Shown: positions 29,506-39,318, numbered from the stretch's first letter. The stretch: DNA of 64,000 nt from an uncultured archaeon (GCA_964410585.1 CAYPFW010000003.1:32001-96000), one strand, 5' to 3'. Made by a program: numbers and translations. The notes: generated by a model from the sequence alone, not told the origin.

Positions 29506-31065
29506 TTATTCAGCAAGTATTGGGAGCTTGACTTTATGTGATTCCTGCTGTTTTTCAACTTCAGGCTGTTCCTGCCATTGCTTTTTTATTCCATATATCT
29601 GTGCCATTCTCTTAAAGAATATTGCTGCTGATTTTGCTGTTCTTATACCCTCTGATGGGCTTTTAATAGATTGAACAGCTTTGTGTAAAATATATTTTGG
29701 GTTTGAGTAGTATTGCTTTAAGGCTATATCAGCCCATTTTACCAAATCTTGGTTTGTTAAACCTGGCCTACTAATAAGTGTATTGTGCTTACCCTCATCA
29801 TCTACCCATTGATCATAATCAGTTGTTGTCAAATAACCGCTTTCTTTGGCCCATGAAAATGTTGAGGTTCCAGGATATGCCATTAGAGGGAAAAATTGTG
29901 CTGTATCTGGTAGAAGTTTCTTAGCAAAATCTATTGTATGTTGTATCCTTTTTTCATCATCGTTAGGAAGACCTAAAATGAAACAACCATTAATAATAAG
30001 ACCTGTCTTACGAACATCTTCCATAAACTTCTCTTGCATTCCAGCTGTTGTTCCCTTTTTTACAGAATTAAGTTCGTCTTGTTCTGGAGATTCAAAGCCA
30101 ACACACAGCAACCTACATCCTGCCTTTTTCATCCACGAAAGTGTTTCATAATCTGTATTTACACGAGCATTGCAAGACCACTTAATTTTTATGCCTCTAT
30201 TTACTATCTCTTGACACATTTCTATTGTCCTTTGCCTGTTTAATGGATATGTATCGTCTTCTAGTTGAATTTCGCTAATAAACTTAAGCTCATTTGCTAT
30301 GTATTCGAATTCATCTGCTACATTTTTAGGCGAACGGAAACGATAAGAAGATTTGAAAGGTATGTGACAGAAAGAGCACCTATAAGAACAACCTCTTCCT
30401 GTAAGGATTGTTACTTCGGGCCAAGTAAGAGAGGCATAGAAATATTTCTTCATTATTTTTTCGCCTAATTGTTTATAATAAACCTCTGAAACAAACGGAA
30501 GTTTGTCCAAGTCCTCAATTAGCGGTCTTGGAAGTGTATGAACTATTTTGTCGTTATCCCAGAAAACAAGACCCTTAACATCATGCAACGGCAAGCCAGC
30601 CTCTAAAGTTTTAGCTAATTCTAAGGCCGTTTCATCTACTTCCCACATTATTACGGAATCTACAACACCCTTCCCATGGTTTAATGTTTCATCAGGTACA
30701 TGAGATGGATGAATACCCATAAGAGAAATATGTACTCCTGGGAGGGCGGTCTTTATTTTAGCTGCTTGTCTGATATCATTCAAAATAGAAGGAGTTGATG
30801 TATCCATTACGATAAGACCTGTACCATCTGTGAAATATTGCTTACACTGTTCAACAGTATAATCATGCGTCCATTCAGATGCAACAGCATCGACTAGCCA
30901 TGTTTTAAAACCGTTTTTTTCTACCCATCCAGCTCCATATGCAAGGTAGTATGGATGATAAAAAGTTCCACCGTTTGTTACACATGGAGAACGTGATTGT
31001 CTGGAGTACAAATTCAAGAGTTTTCCATTCCTTTCAAAAGATGGGTTGAGCATTAATACTTTCAT
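29506..31065 (-). CDS. Cobalamin-binding radical SAM enzyme (HpnJ/BchE-like)
   Basis: N-terminal B12-binding-like region; RGCSYRCSFC (CxxxCxxC); EDDT, GFES, FILGLP, YPGT. Confidence 0.88.
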   Translation of the reverse strand: MKVLMLNPSFERNGKLLNLYSRQSRSPCVTNGGTFYHPYYLAYGAGWVEKNGFKTWLVDAVASEWTHDYTVEQCKQYFTDGTGLIVMDTSTPSILNDIRQAAKIKTALPGVHISLMGIHPSHVPDETLNHGKGVVDSVIMWEVDETALELAKTLEAGLPLHDVKGLVFWDNDKIVHTLPRPLIEDLDKLPFVSEVYYKQLGEKIMKKYFYASLTWPEVTILTGRGCSYRCSFCHIPFKSSYRFRSPKNVADEFEYIANELKFISEIQLEDDTYPLNRQRTIEMCQEIVNRGIKIKWSCNARVNTDYETLSWMKKAGCRLLCVGFESPEQDELNSVKKGTTAGMQEKFMEDVRKTGLIINGCFILGLPNDDEKRIQHTIDFAKKLLPDTAQFFPLMAYPGTSTFSWAKESGYLTTTDYDQWVDDEGKHNTLISRPGLTNQDLVKWADIALKQYYSNPKYILHKAVQSIKSPSEGIRTAKSAAIFFKRMAQIYGIKKQWQEQPEVEKQQESHKVKLPILAE

Positions 31066-31171
31066 AATGAACATTAAGGTGTATACTTAAATATTTAGAC
31101 CTATATCCTGAGTTTACTATACTTTTTAATACTTATCGTTGACTATTTATAAATTTACCAATTTTATACGT

Positions 31172-31762
31172 TTATTGTAGTAATTTTTCTAATTCCTCCC
31201 TTAATTTTTCAGCACCAGTAAATTGTAAACCCCGAATACCACTGGTTCTTGCACTATCTAGATTTTCTAGACTATCATCAACCAAAAGAATATCTTTAGG
31301 CTTTATATCTAATTTTTTTATTATAAAAGGAAAACAGTCAGAATCTGTTTTTAGTTTGTGTGATATATGCGATCTAAAAATTATGCTTGAATATTCCGTT
31401 AAATCAACTAGTTGTTTTTCTCTATCTGTTTGCCACTGGTTTGTATCTGTAACAAATGCTATCATTGTTTTTTGTAAACCTGATAAAATTTTAAGAACTC
31501 CCTTATCAACGCCGTATATATGTGAATTGTGAGCATTAACAACTTGTGAATATGTTAAAGGATATTTCAGATATTGATCAATAAGGGTTTGATAAAAATT
31601 TTCACCAGTAATAAGACCTCTAGAGAATGCTCTATATGCACCATTTTCGAAAAAAAGACGCATATTTTCTTTTGGTACATCATACGCTTCTAAGACTTGG
31701 TTTGTTATAGAATGATCTACTTGTATTACAACATTACCAACGTCAAATAAAATTATTTTCAT
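31172..31762 (-). CDS. HAD-family phosphatase (YihX-like sugar-1-phosphatase)
   Basis: FDVGNV motif I, TDTN, K, VDDSLEN..A...GI; ATGA overlap with the upstream gene. Confidence 0.85.
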   Translation of the reverse strand: MKIILFDVGNVVIQVDHSITNQVLEAYDVPKENMRLFFENGAYRAFSRGLITGENFYQTLIDQYLKYPLTYSQVVNAHNSHIYGVDKGVLKILSGLQKTMIAFVTDTNQWQTDREKQLVDLTEYSSIIFRSHISHKLKTDSDCFPFIIKKLDIKPKDILLVDDSLENLDSARTSGIRGLQFTGAEKLREELEKLLQ

Positions 31763-32613
31763 CCTATACGTTGTCCTACTGAATCCCCCCATACCTCACC
31801 AAAAGAATTTATACCAGTCAAAACAATTGCACCCCTGGCAACGTCGAGTATTTTACCTTCTTGAAGATATTTTCTTAGAGAAGCCTCTTCTGAATCTATT
31901 GGAAATATGTCTTCATACTTTCTACCAACTGAAGTGTCTCTTAGCAATTTTGCCTTTCCTTTCTCAATCTTTTCAGACTCCACACCAGCTAATGTGTGAA
32001 AAGCAATTATATGATCACCATATCGAGGAGCTTCGACAACTCCAGTAATTTTTATATCGTTTATATCAACTTCAGATAAACCAAGCTCAGCTATAACTCT
32101 TTGTAGGATGATGTCTAAAATCATTTGAGAGCCTCCCTTTACTAATATATCAGGATCACCATTTTTGTCACCTGTTAATCCACAACCAAAAATCCCATCA
32201 TAGCCTCCCCAGCTTGCGAGATCTTGTCTTCTTCTACTGTGAATTGATTTGCCGTCGACTGTTGTTACAGTTGACATTACACCAAGATTTGAACCCGTCT
32301 CATAGCTATCCATTTGATGATCAGCAAGCCAAGTTGCTGCTGCAAAAGTAATATAGTCTAGTTGTCTCAAACCTACAGTGGCGCCTTCTCCTGATTCTTT
32401 TACATGCCCAAAACCTATTAATTTAGCTTGTCTTAAATCCTGTCCTACAATTTGTGCATGTTCAATTGCTTTTGCCCTTGCAGTATCCAATTTTGCTTCA
32501 ATATCGTCTCTGTATATGGGATCTGGAACCCTTTCAAAATTAAGGTCGTTGACTCTGTAAAATCTCGGATTTCTCTTAGGGAACAAAATTTCCCAACCAT
32601 TTCCCTTGTACAT
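31759..32613 (-). CDS. Divergent NUDT22-like Nudix-fold protein
   Basis: LGVMSTVTTVDG....RRR......GG...G...RVIAELGL resembles 9430-10473; Nudix-box glutamates partly lost. Confidence 0.55.
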   Translation of the reverse strand: MYKGNGWEILFPKRNPRFYRVNDLNFERVPDPIYRDDIEAKLDTARAKAIEHAQIVGQDLRQAKLIGFGHVKESGEGATVGLRQLDYITFAAATWLADHQMDSYETGSNLGVMSTVTTVDGKSIHSRRRQDLASWGGYDGIFGCGLTGDKNGDPDILVKGGSQMILDIILQRVIAELGLSEVDINDIKITGVVEAPRYGDHIIAFHTLAGVESEKIEKGKAKLLRDTSVGRKYEDIFPIDSEEASLRKYLQEGKILDVARGAIVLTGINSFGEVWGDSVGQRIG

Positions 32614-32655
32614 ATTATTACTTAAAGGTAGTATTTATAAATAAACATAACACTG

Positions 32656-33888
32656 TTATATTGATGGAACAATTCTAATTTCTGGAATAGGTATGATAAA
32701 CTTTCCTCCAGAGTTTATAAATTTTTTTTCTTTTTCTAAAACCTCTTTTTCATAATTGTATGCAAAAAGCAAAACATAATCCGCATTATCTTCTCTAAAG
32801 ATTTCAGGCTTTACAATTGGTATACGAACACCTGGAACAAGCCTTCCCGCCCTTTCTGGTGATTCATCGACAACATAATCTATTTTGTCCCTTCTCAGCT
32901 CACAGTAGTTTAGATGAATAACTGATCTACCAGAAGCACCATATCCAACTATTTTTTTACCATCTGACCTAAGCTTGTTTATAATTTGTGCTATTTCATC
33001 GCGTTTTTTAACAACTTGTTTTGCGAACTTTTCAAAGGTTTCTTCTTTATCCAAACCTTCCTTTTTTTCCAAAGACAAAATTTCTTTAACAGATACATCT
33101 ATCTCTTTATCTTGTTTTATCCTAGAATAAATACGTATAGATCCGGAATGTATTGGTATTCTTTTAACCTCAAATATTTCCATATCAAAAAGATTTAGTA
33201 AATATTGTAAAGCAGTTACAGAGTGATACATCAAGTGTTCGTGATATATCATATCATACTGGAGAGTTTTTATCAAATCCAACAAATAGTGGACTTCAAA
33301 AACGAAAACACCACTTGGTTTTAAAAGGGTTTTTATTCCCCTCATAACTTCATGCATATCATCGATATGAGCGAAAACATTATTTGCACAGATCATATCT
33401 GCTTTCCTATAATCGGATTCTATTTGTCTTGCTATCTTTTCAGTAAAAAAATCATTGATCACAACACATCCCTTGGACCTCGCAATCTCGGCTATGTTTG
33501 AAGCCGGTTCAACACCAACTGCTTTGAGTCCCAAATCCATAAACGGTTTTAATAAAACACCATCGTTGCTTCCAAACTCAACAACAAAGGAATTGTTTTT
33601 TAAGAATCTTTCCTTCATCTCCTTTGCATAGCTTGCAAAGTGTGCAGTCAATGTTTTTGTTACAGATGCAAGAAATCTATAATCCTTAAACAAAACAACA
33701 GAGGGAACAACATCCATTACTTGCACTTCTTTACAATTTTTGCAAAAGTAAACACTTAGTGGGTAATACGCATCCTTTTCTTGAGGTTTTATGAAGCCTC
33801 CTGCCAAAGGCATGTTACCAAAATCTAGAAACTTCACTAAATTTTCACTTTGACATATCCTACAATTTGTTCTACGAATAGCTTTCAT
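32656..33888 (-). CDS. NDP-hexose C-methyltransferase (EryBIII/TylCIII family)
   Basis: CRIC...DFG.MPLA...C.NC Zn site, EFGSNDG, ANNVFAHI, YHEH..Y, HSGS, GYGASG, FIIPIP. Confidence 0.9.
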   Translation of the reverse strand: MKAIRRTNCRICQSENLVKFLDFGNMPLAGGFIKPQEKDAYYPLSVYFCKNCKEVQVMDVVPSVVLFKDYRFLASVTKTLTAHFASYAKEMKERFLKNNSFVVEFGSNDGVLLKPFMDLGLKAVGVEPASNIAEIARSKGCVVINDFFTEKIARQIESDYRKADMICANNVFAHIDDMHEVMRGIKTLLKPSGVFVFEVHYLLDLIKTLQYDMIYHEHLMYHSVTALQYLLNLFDMEIFEVKRIPIHSGSIRIYSRIKQDKEIDVSVKEILSLEKKEGLDKEETFEKFAKQVVKKRDEIAQIINKLRSDGKKIVGYGASGRSVIHLNYCELRRDKIDYVVDESPERAGRLVPGVRIPIVKPEIFREDNADYVLLFAYNYEKEVLEKEKKFINSGGKFIIPIPEIRIVPSI

Positions 33889-33939
33889 ACAACAACTAGG
33901 CACGGCATATTTTATATGTTTTCCATGGTCATAAGCTAT

Positions 33940-34503
33940 ATGAAAGAGAGTACAAGAAGGCAACTTTTATTTATTAGAAAAAATTTAAAGAATCAGTATG
34001 TTTTACAAAGCAATAAATTAATAAGAGAGAAGGTTTTGAACTTAGATGAGTTTAAAAAATCTAAAATAATAATGCTATATGTTTCTACAAAAAAAGAGGT
34101 AGATACGCATGATCTAATAAAAATCTGCCTCGATATAAAAACAGTTGCTGTCCCAAAAACAAAAGCCGCAAATAGGGATCTCATACCTTGTCTAGTTTCA
34201 TCGTTTGGTCACCTAACTTTAGGTAAATTTGGCATACTTGAACCGAAAATAATACGCAAAATAGAAAAGGATAAAATAGATCTTTTTTTGGTACCAGGAC
34301 TCGGTTTCGACAAAAATGGTAACAGAATTGGATTTGGATATGGATACTGGGATAGGTTTTTAAAAGGCGTTAACAAAAATCGGATTATAGGTTTATGTTT
34401 TGAAAAGCAGATGACTCGCCAAATTATTCCAGAACCACACGATATCCAAGTTTCTAAGATAGTGACTGAAAAAAGGATAATTAATTGTTTATGTCAAAAG
34501 TGA
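33940..34503 (+). CDS. 5-formyltetrahydrofolate cyclo-ligase
   Basis: YVS...EVDT, VAVPK, GKFGILEP, LVPGLGFDKNGNRIGFG.GYWDRFL, EPHD...IVTE. Confidence 0.93.
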   Translation: MKESTRRQLLFIRKNLKNQYVLQSNKLIREKVLNLDEFKKSKIIMLYVSTKKEVDTHDLIKICLDIKTVAVPKTKAANRDLIPCLVSSFGHLTLGKFGILEPKIIRKIEKDKIDLFLVPGLGFDKNGNRIGFGYGYWDRFLKGVNKNRIIGLCFEKQMTRQIIPEPHDIQVSKIVTEKRIINCLCQK

Positions 34504-35345
34504 TTTATGGAAAGGAAACAGCTGATCAAATACTGTCTCAACTGAAAAAAGAAGTTTTAAAGTTAAAAGAATTTGGAATTTGGCCAACACTTCATATTGT
34601 TTTGGTGGGGGATGATCCAGCATCAAAAACATATGTCTCTGTAAAAGGAAGGAAATGTAGTGAAGTTGGAATAAATTTTGAACTTGAGGAATTTCCAAGC
34701 TCAATAACTGAAAAGAATTTAATAAAAAGGATAAAAGAATTAAATGAGAATAAAAAAGTAAATGGTATAATAGTACAATTACCTCTCCCACCTCATATAG
34801 AAAAAGATAAAATTTTAGAAACAATAGATCCAAAAAAAGATGTTGATGCATTAACACCATACAATTTAGGTCGACTTGTTCTCGGAAAAGAAGAACTGAC
34901 TGCAGCCACATCAAAGGGTATAATAAAGCTTTTGGAAGCAAATGGAATTAAACTAGACGGAAAAAATGTTGTTATAATAAATAGAAGCATAAATGTTGGT
35001 AAACCGCTGATACATCTTCTTTTAAATAGAAATTCAACAGTCACTGTTTGCCATAGTAAAACAAAAAATCTGGAGATTTTTACAAAAAGTGCAGATATAG
35101 TTATTTGTGCTGTTGGCAAACCCAATTTTCTAAAAAATACTATGATAAAAGAAGGATCTATAGTAATAGATGTTGGACTTACTTATGTCAATGGAAAAGG
35201 CCTTGGTGATGTTGATTTTTCAAATGTTTCCAAAAAAGCGTCTTATATCACCCCTGTGCCAGGTGGTGTGGGTCCAATGACAGTTGCACTTATATTGGAG
35301 AACACAATCATAGCAACAAAAAAACAAACAATAAAAAGTTTTTAG
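34491..35345 (+). CDS. folD: Methylene-THF dehydrogenase / methenyl-THF cyclohydrolase
   Basis: VGDDPAS..YV..K, VQLPLP, KDVD, RS..VGKP, TVCHSKT, TPVPGGVGPMT. Confidence 0.96.
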   Translation: MSKVIYGKETADQILSQLKKEVLKLKEFGIWPTLHIVLVGDDPASKTYVSVKGRKCSEVGINFELEEFPSSITEKNLIKRIKELNENKKVNGIIVQLPLPPHIEKDKILETIDPKKDVDALTPYNLGRLVLGKEELTAATSKGIIKLLEANGIKLDGKNVVIINRSINVGKPLIHLLLNRNSTVTVCHSKTKNLEIFTKSADIVICAVGKPNFLKNTMIKEGSIVIDVGLTYVNGKGLGDVDFSNVSKKASYITPVPGGVGPMTVALILENTIIATKKQTIKSF

Positions 35346-35366
35346 AAAATATGGATTTTTAGATAG

Positions 35367-35777
35367 TTACTTATTTTTGCTCTCAATTAGGTAGGTTTCA
35401 GCTGAATAACAGTCTGAATTTTTAGGGTCGAAAACCGTTGATCTATACTCTAAAAAAATAACATCAGTTAATGCTTCGAAAGTATGTAAAACATTTGGCA
35501 TTATAATCACTTCTGTATCCTCGTCAATAATGACATCAATTGTCTCCTTTAAGAGACCATTATACCCCACTAATTTAGCTTTTCCTGAAACCAACAAAAA
35601 TCTCTCAGGATTCTTTGAGGGATCGCGACCCTTATGATAATGATTGGCAAAAACTGTACCTGCCTTTCTTTTGTATACTGTTACCTGCACCCCTTTTTCA
35701 CCCTTACACCACTCATAAACAGAGCCTCTATTGTCTGAATTTGAGGGGTTTAGCTTTTTTATTTGTATCCAATTCAT
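35367..35777 (-). CDS. Cupin-fold protein (sugar epimerase/isomerase-like)
   Basis: DNRG, ANHYH....PE.FLLVSG, P.VLHTFEAL.D..FLE. Confidence 0.75.
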   Translation of the reverse strand: MNWIQIKKLNPSNSDNRGSVYEWCKGEKGVQVTVYKRKAGTVFANHYHKGRDPSKNPERFLLVSGKAKLVGYNGLLKETIDVIIDEDTEVIIMPNVLHTFEALTDVIFLEYRSTVFDPKNSDCYSAETYLIESKNK

Positions 35778-36637
35778 ATTATAATCATCTTTTTTATTTT
35801 AACATAACCATCATTAAAACCAAGTACAAAATTTAAACATGAAAATTCATCCCTTTTCATTGATTTTAGTTCTATAGGCTGCAAAATTTTTGAATTTGGC
35901 TTTTCTTCTAAATCTACTTCTTTTAAAACAGCTATACAATCCCCTATTTTTATATATGCATTGGGATATGGGTCTTCTAATGCCCTTACAAAATTAAAAA
36001 AATCTATAGCAGACATGTTTTTTAATTTATCTTCTGTTACCTCACTCTCCTCCTTTTTTCTTCTCTTATAAACAGTTGCTATTTTTCCATCTTGTTCCAT
36101 TGGTTTCAACTTTTTCTCCTCAAGTTGATCAAGCATTTCTATAGTTGTTTTAAGTCCAGTTTCGCCTATTCTTTTAATTATATCATTTAGATGACCTTCT
36201 AATGAAAACTCACTTTGTTTATATATTGGACCATCATCTATCCCCATTGTCATTCTAAAAAGAGATACTGCGCTTCTTTTTTCACCATTTATTATTTGAT
36301 GTTGTAGGGGGGATCCTCCCCTATATTTAGGTAATGGTGATGGATGAGAACAAATACAAACTTTATTCTCAACAATTTCTTTGGGGACTATCCAAGACCA
36401 TCCATAAAAAAGCATTATATCTATATCATCAAAGAAACCTTCCTTATAGATTTTTGTTAAGTCCTTAGGATCGATAATTCTTGTATTTTTATTCAATTTC
36501 TCTAAATTATTATTTGGAAAAAAAATTTCAGGTGTTGTCACAATTTTGGAAATTTTCCATTTTTTTTCAATAGAGCATAAACCCTTAGCAATATAATATG
36601 CCCAATCTCTCCCATCTGATAAAAAAGCTATATTCAT
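35774..36637 (-). CDS. N-formyltransferase (Fmt/ArnA family, sugar formyltransferase-like)
   Basis: YGWSWIVP, HPSPLPKYRGGSP, IDDGPI, FVRALEDPYPNAY; ATGA overlaps on both sides. Confidence 0.88.
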   Translation of the reverse strand: MNIAFLSDGRDWAYYIAKGLCSIEKKWKISKIVTTPEIFFPNNNLEKLNKNTRIIDPKDLTKIYKEGFFDDIDIMLFYGWSWIVPKEIVENKVCICSHPSPLPKYRGGSPLQHQIINGEKRSAVSLFRMTMGIDDGPIYKQSEFSLEGHLNDIIKRIGETGLKTTIEMLDQLEEKKLKPMEQDGKIATVYKRRKKEESEVTEDKLKNMSAIDFFNFVRALEDPYPNAYIKIGDCIAVLKEVDLEEKPNSKILQPIELKSMKRDEFSCLNFVLGFNDGYVKIKKMIII

Positions 36638-37320
36638 GCTATAAACCTGTGACATTTAAAGCCTTCTGCTGCATCACATCCAATTTCTTTTCCTCTTATC
36701 TCAAGCCATCTCTTTAAATTTTCTCCGCTTCTTGGAAAGGGATCTGGCCTATCTTGCGTTTCGTGTAGTGCCATGGCCTTAATTTTGTTATTGATCATTT
36801 CTTTAGTAACTTCCACAAAAAAGTTTGGCTTAAATCCATGCTCAGACACCGACCATAAATATGGCTCATCATATTCTAAAACAATTGATGGCATGTGTCT
36901 TACACTTCTAGGCACAGGTCTGAGTGCGGTTATGCAGGCAGTAAAAACAGCTCTATGATCCTGATTATAGCTGTCTCTATAAGGTATACAAATAATATCT
37001 GGCTTAAACTTTTCTACCAAATCCTCGATAGGATCGACAATATCTTTTTGATCAATACCATCTAATCTAACAAAATTTTCGCCAACAAACAAAAATTTAT
37101 ATTTAAAGCCAGCAAACTTAGCTACATTTTCAGTTTCTTTCATTCTTATATTTTCGTTTGTAGAACCTGTAACTAACTGCCTTGTATTTCCAACAACTAT
37201 GTAAAAAACAAAGACTTCTGCTCCATCCTTTTTACATTTTTCTATTAAACCACCACACCCTATAATTTCATCGTCTGGGTGTGGGGATATTATCAGAACC
37301 TTTTTCCCCTTAAAGTCCAT
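36634..37320 (-). CDS. PIG-L/LmbE-family de-N-acetylase
   Basis: SPHPDDE..GCGG, R..E, NQDH, K..AM..HETQ, AEGF. Confidence 0.92.
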   Translation of the reverse strand: MDFKGKKVLIISPHPDDEIIGCGGLIEKCKKDGAEVFVFYIVVGNTRQLVTGSTNENIRMKETENVAKFAGFKYKFLFVGENFVRLDGIDQKDIVDPIEDLVEKFKPDIICIPYRDSYNQDHRAVFTACITALRPVPRSVRHMPSIVLEYDEPYLWSVSEHGFKPNFFVEVTKEMINNKIKAMALHETQDRPDPFPRSGENLKRWLEIRGKEIGCDAAEGFKCHRFIA

Positions 37321-37321
37321 A

Positions 37322-38203
37322 TCATCTCCCTTCGAAAACTATTTTATATTCTTTTAAAGACGATTTTACAGTTGGCAATTTAAAGATTTCCCCCGCTTTG
37401 TCTACATTAAGTGATGTATTTTTTGGCCTTTTGGCCATCCATCCAAAATTCTTTGATAATTGTTTCAATTTCACAGGCTTGACTAGGGCCTTGTCTAAAT
37501 TAAAGATCTCACAAACATCCATACAGAATTTATACCTATTCGTTACGTCAGAACAAGTAATATTGACAATACCTGTTTGGCTTTTTTGGAAATATTTTGC
37601 TATATATTTCGATAGTTGATCTGCAAATATTGGATTATAAAATTGGTCTTCGGCAACCTGTATTTCCTTTCCTTCTCTCAAATTCTTGACAATAAAAGAG
37701 GCAAAACTTAATTTTGTATTAAATGGGTCAATACCATAAATGTTAGTTCGTATTACCAGATTTCCTTTATATTTAAGAACAAACCTTTCTCCAGCCAATT
37801 TTGTTTTACCATAAACATTTATTGGATTCGTGTCATCATTTTCTTTATAGTTTCCTTTTTTTCCATCGAAAACAAAATCTGTTGAAATATAAATAACTCT
37901 TGCACTTATCCTATTTGCTGCCTTTGAAATTATGTCTGTTGCTTGAGAATTTATTTTATATGACTCAATTCTATGGGTTTCACACCACTCAATATCAGTT
38001 GCAGCTGCTGCATGGATTATCAAATCTGGTTTTGTTTTTTTAATTATATTTGTTATATCAAGAGTATTTGACAGATCTAATTTTAATGAGTTCTGTGTTT
38101 TTGGTTTATTATGCAAAAACGTTGTTACTAAGTCACTATCAGAAAAAAGTTTTGATATTGAACTTCCTAGTAAACCACTTCCACCAGTTAAAAGAACTTT
38201 CAT
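37322..38203 (-). CDS. RmlD-like NDP-4-keto-6-deoxysugar reductase
   Basis: TGGSGLLG, ISTDFVFDG.KG.Y.E.D..NPINVYGKTK, DQFYNP, RPKNTSL. Confidence 0.9.
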   Translation of the reverse strand: MKVLLTGGSGLLGSSISKLFSDSDLVTTFLHNKPKTQNSLKLDLSNTLDITNIIKKTKPDLIIHAAAATDIEWCETHRIESYKINSQATDIISKAANRISARVIYISTDFVFDGKKGNYKENDDTNPINVYGKTKLAGERFVLKYKGNLVIRTNIYGIDPFNTKLSFASFIVKNLREGKEIQVAEDQFYNPIFADQLSKYIAKYFQKSQTGIVNITCSDVTNRYKFCMDVCEIFNLDKALVKPVKLKQLSKNFGWMAKRPKNTSLNVDKAGEIFKLPTVKSSLKEYKIVFEGR

Positions 38204-39216
38204 ATCTGATAGATAGATGCTTCTGTAATATTCGTGATCTCTTCGCCAGCTATTTTGAGAATATCAATTATCTCCTCCCTATTGAGAGAAGCGAATGTAT
38301 TAGAACCATATTCTGTGAGGTTGTTAATTAATTCAGGTTTTTCCAGCAAACCGTGCTTATGTATTATATAATAATCTTCTGTTTCCTTGGCTCGTCTCAT
38401 TTCTTCCTCTGAAACAAGTAGTTCATGTATTTTTTCCCCAGGCCTAATACCAACAATTTTAGTAGGGTAATTAGGATTATTTGCTAGTATTTCTCCCATC
38501 ACTTTTGCGAGATCTGTTATTTTACACGCAGGCATTTTTTTGACAAAAAGTTGACCATTTTTCCCATATTTAGTAGCGTAGAAAACAAGACCTATTGCTT
38601 GCTCCAGAGACAGAAGAAATCTTGTCATATCAGAATGTGTTATTGGTAGGAATTTTTTATTTTTTATTCTTTCCTTGAAAAACGGTATCACGCTCCCTCT
38701 ACTGGAAAGGACATTACCATACCTTACACAAATAAAATCTGTTGTACTATCTGTATCATCGAACATGACCCTTTCTTGCAGAGCCTTTGTCATACCCATA
38801 ACATTTACAGGCTTAACTGCCTTGTCTGTACTTATTGTCACAACTTTTTTTACATCGTTTTCTATTGCAGCCATTTTCACATTATAGGCACCTAACAAAT
38901 TTGTTTTAACTGCTTCCATTGGGAAAGATTCGTAACCCGGAACATGCTTGTAAGCAGCTGCATGATAAATCACATCAATACCTTTAAACGACTGTTTTAG
39001 CTTTTCAATATCTCTAACATCACCAATAATAAATTTAAGTCTACTTTCGTGTTCCTCTAGCCTGTTCTTCATGTGATATTGCTTGTTTTCATCTCTGCTA
39101 AATATAACTATTTTTTCTGGGTCCATCTTAAGCAGGCTATTAATTATCGTGTTTCCAAAGCTTCCAGTACCACCAGTTACAAGAACACGCTTTCCTTTTA
39201 ATAAATTTTCAAACAT
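38200..39216 (-). CDS. UDP-GlcNAc 4,6-dehydratase (FnlA/WbjB/PseB family)
   Basis: TGGTGSFG, FSRDE.KQ, HAAA.KHVP, STDKAV.P.N.MGMTK, RYGNV..SRGSVIP, MTRF, IRPGEKIHE. Confidence 0.93.
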   Translation of the reverse strand: MFENLLKGKRVLVTGGTGSFGNTIINSLLKMDPEKIVIFSRDENKQYHMKNRLEEHESRLKFIIGDVRDIEKLKQSFKGIDVIYHAAAYKHVPGYESFPMEAVKTNLLGAYNVKMAAIENDVKKVVTISTDKAVKPVNVMGMTKALQERVMFDDTDSTTDFICVRYGNVLSSRGSVIPFFKERIKNKKFLPITHSDMTRFLLSLEQAIGLVFYATKYGKNGQLFVKKMPACKITDLAKVMGEILANNPNYPTKIVGIRPGEKIHELLVSEEEMRRAKETEDYYIIHKHGLLEKPELINNLTEYGSNTFASLNREEIIDILKIAGEEITNITEASIYQI

Positions 39217-39318
39217 AGGGATAACTAATAATGACTTTTTTTAAAGTTTGTCCCATATCAGGCAATTAGGACATTTGACTTATCTATATTATTATATGAC
39301 ATATACAAAAATAACACT

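Noticed and set aside
35774-36637. Methionyl-tRNA formyltransferase (fmt)
   Set aside because: Archaea initiate with unformylated Met and the gene is translationally coupled inside an NDP-sugar operon.
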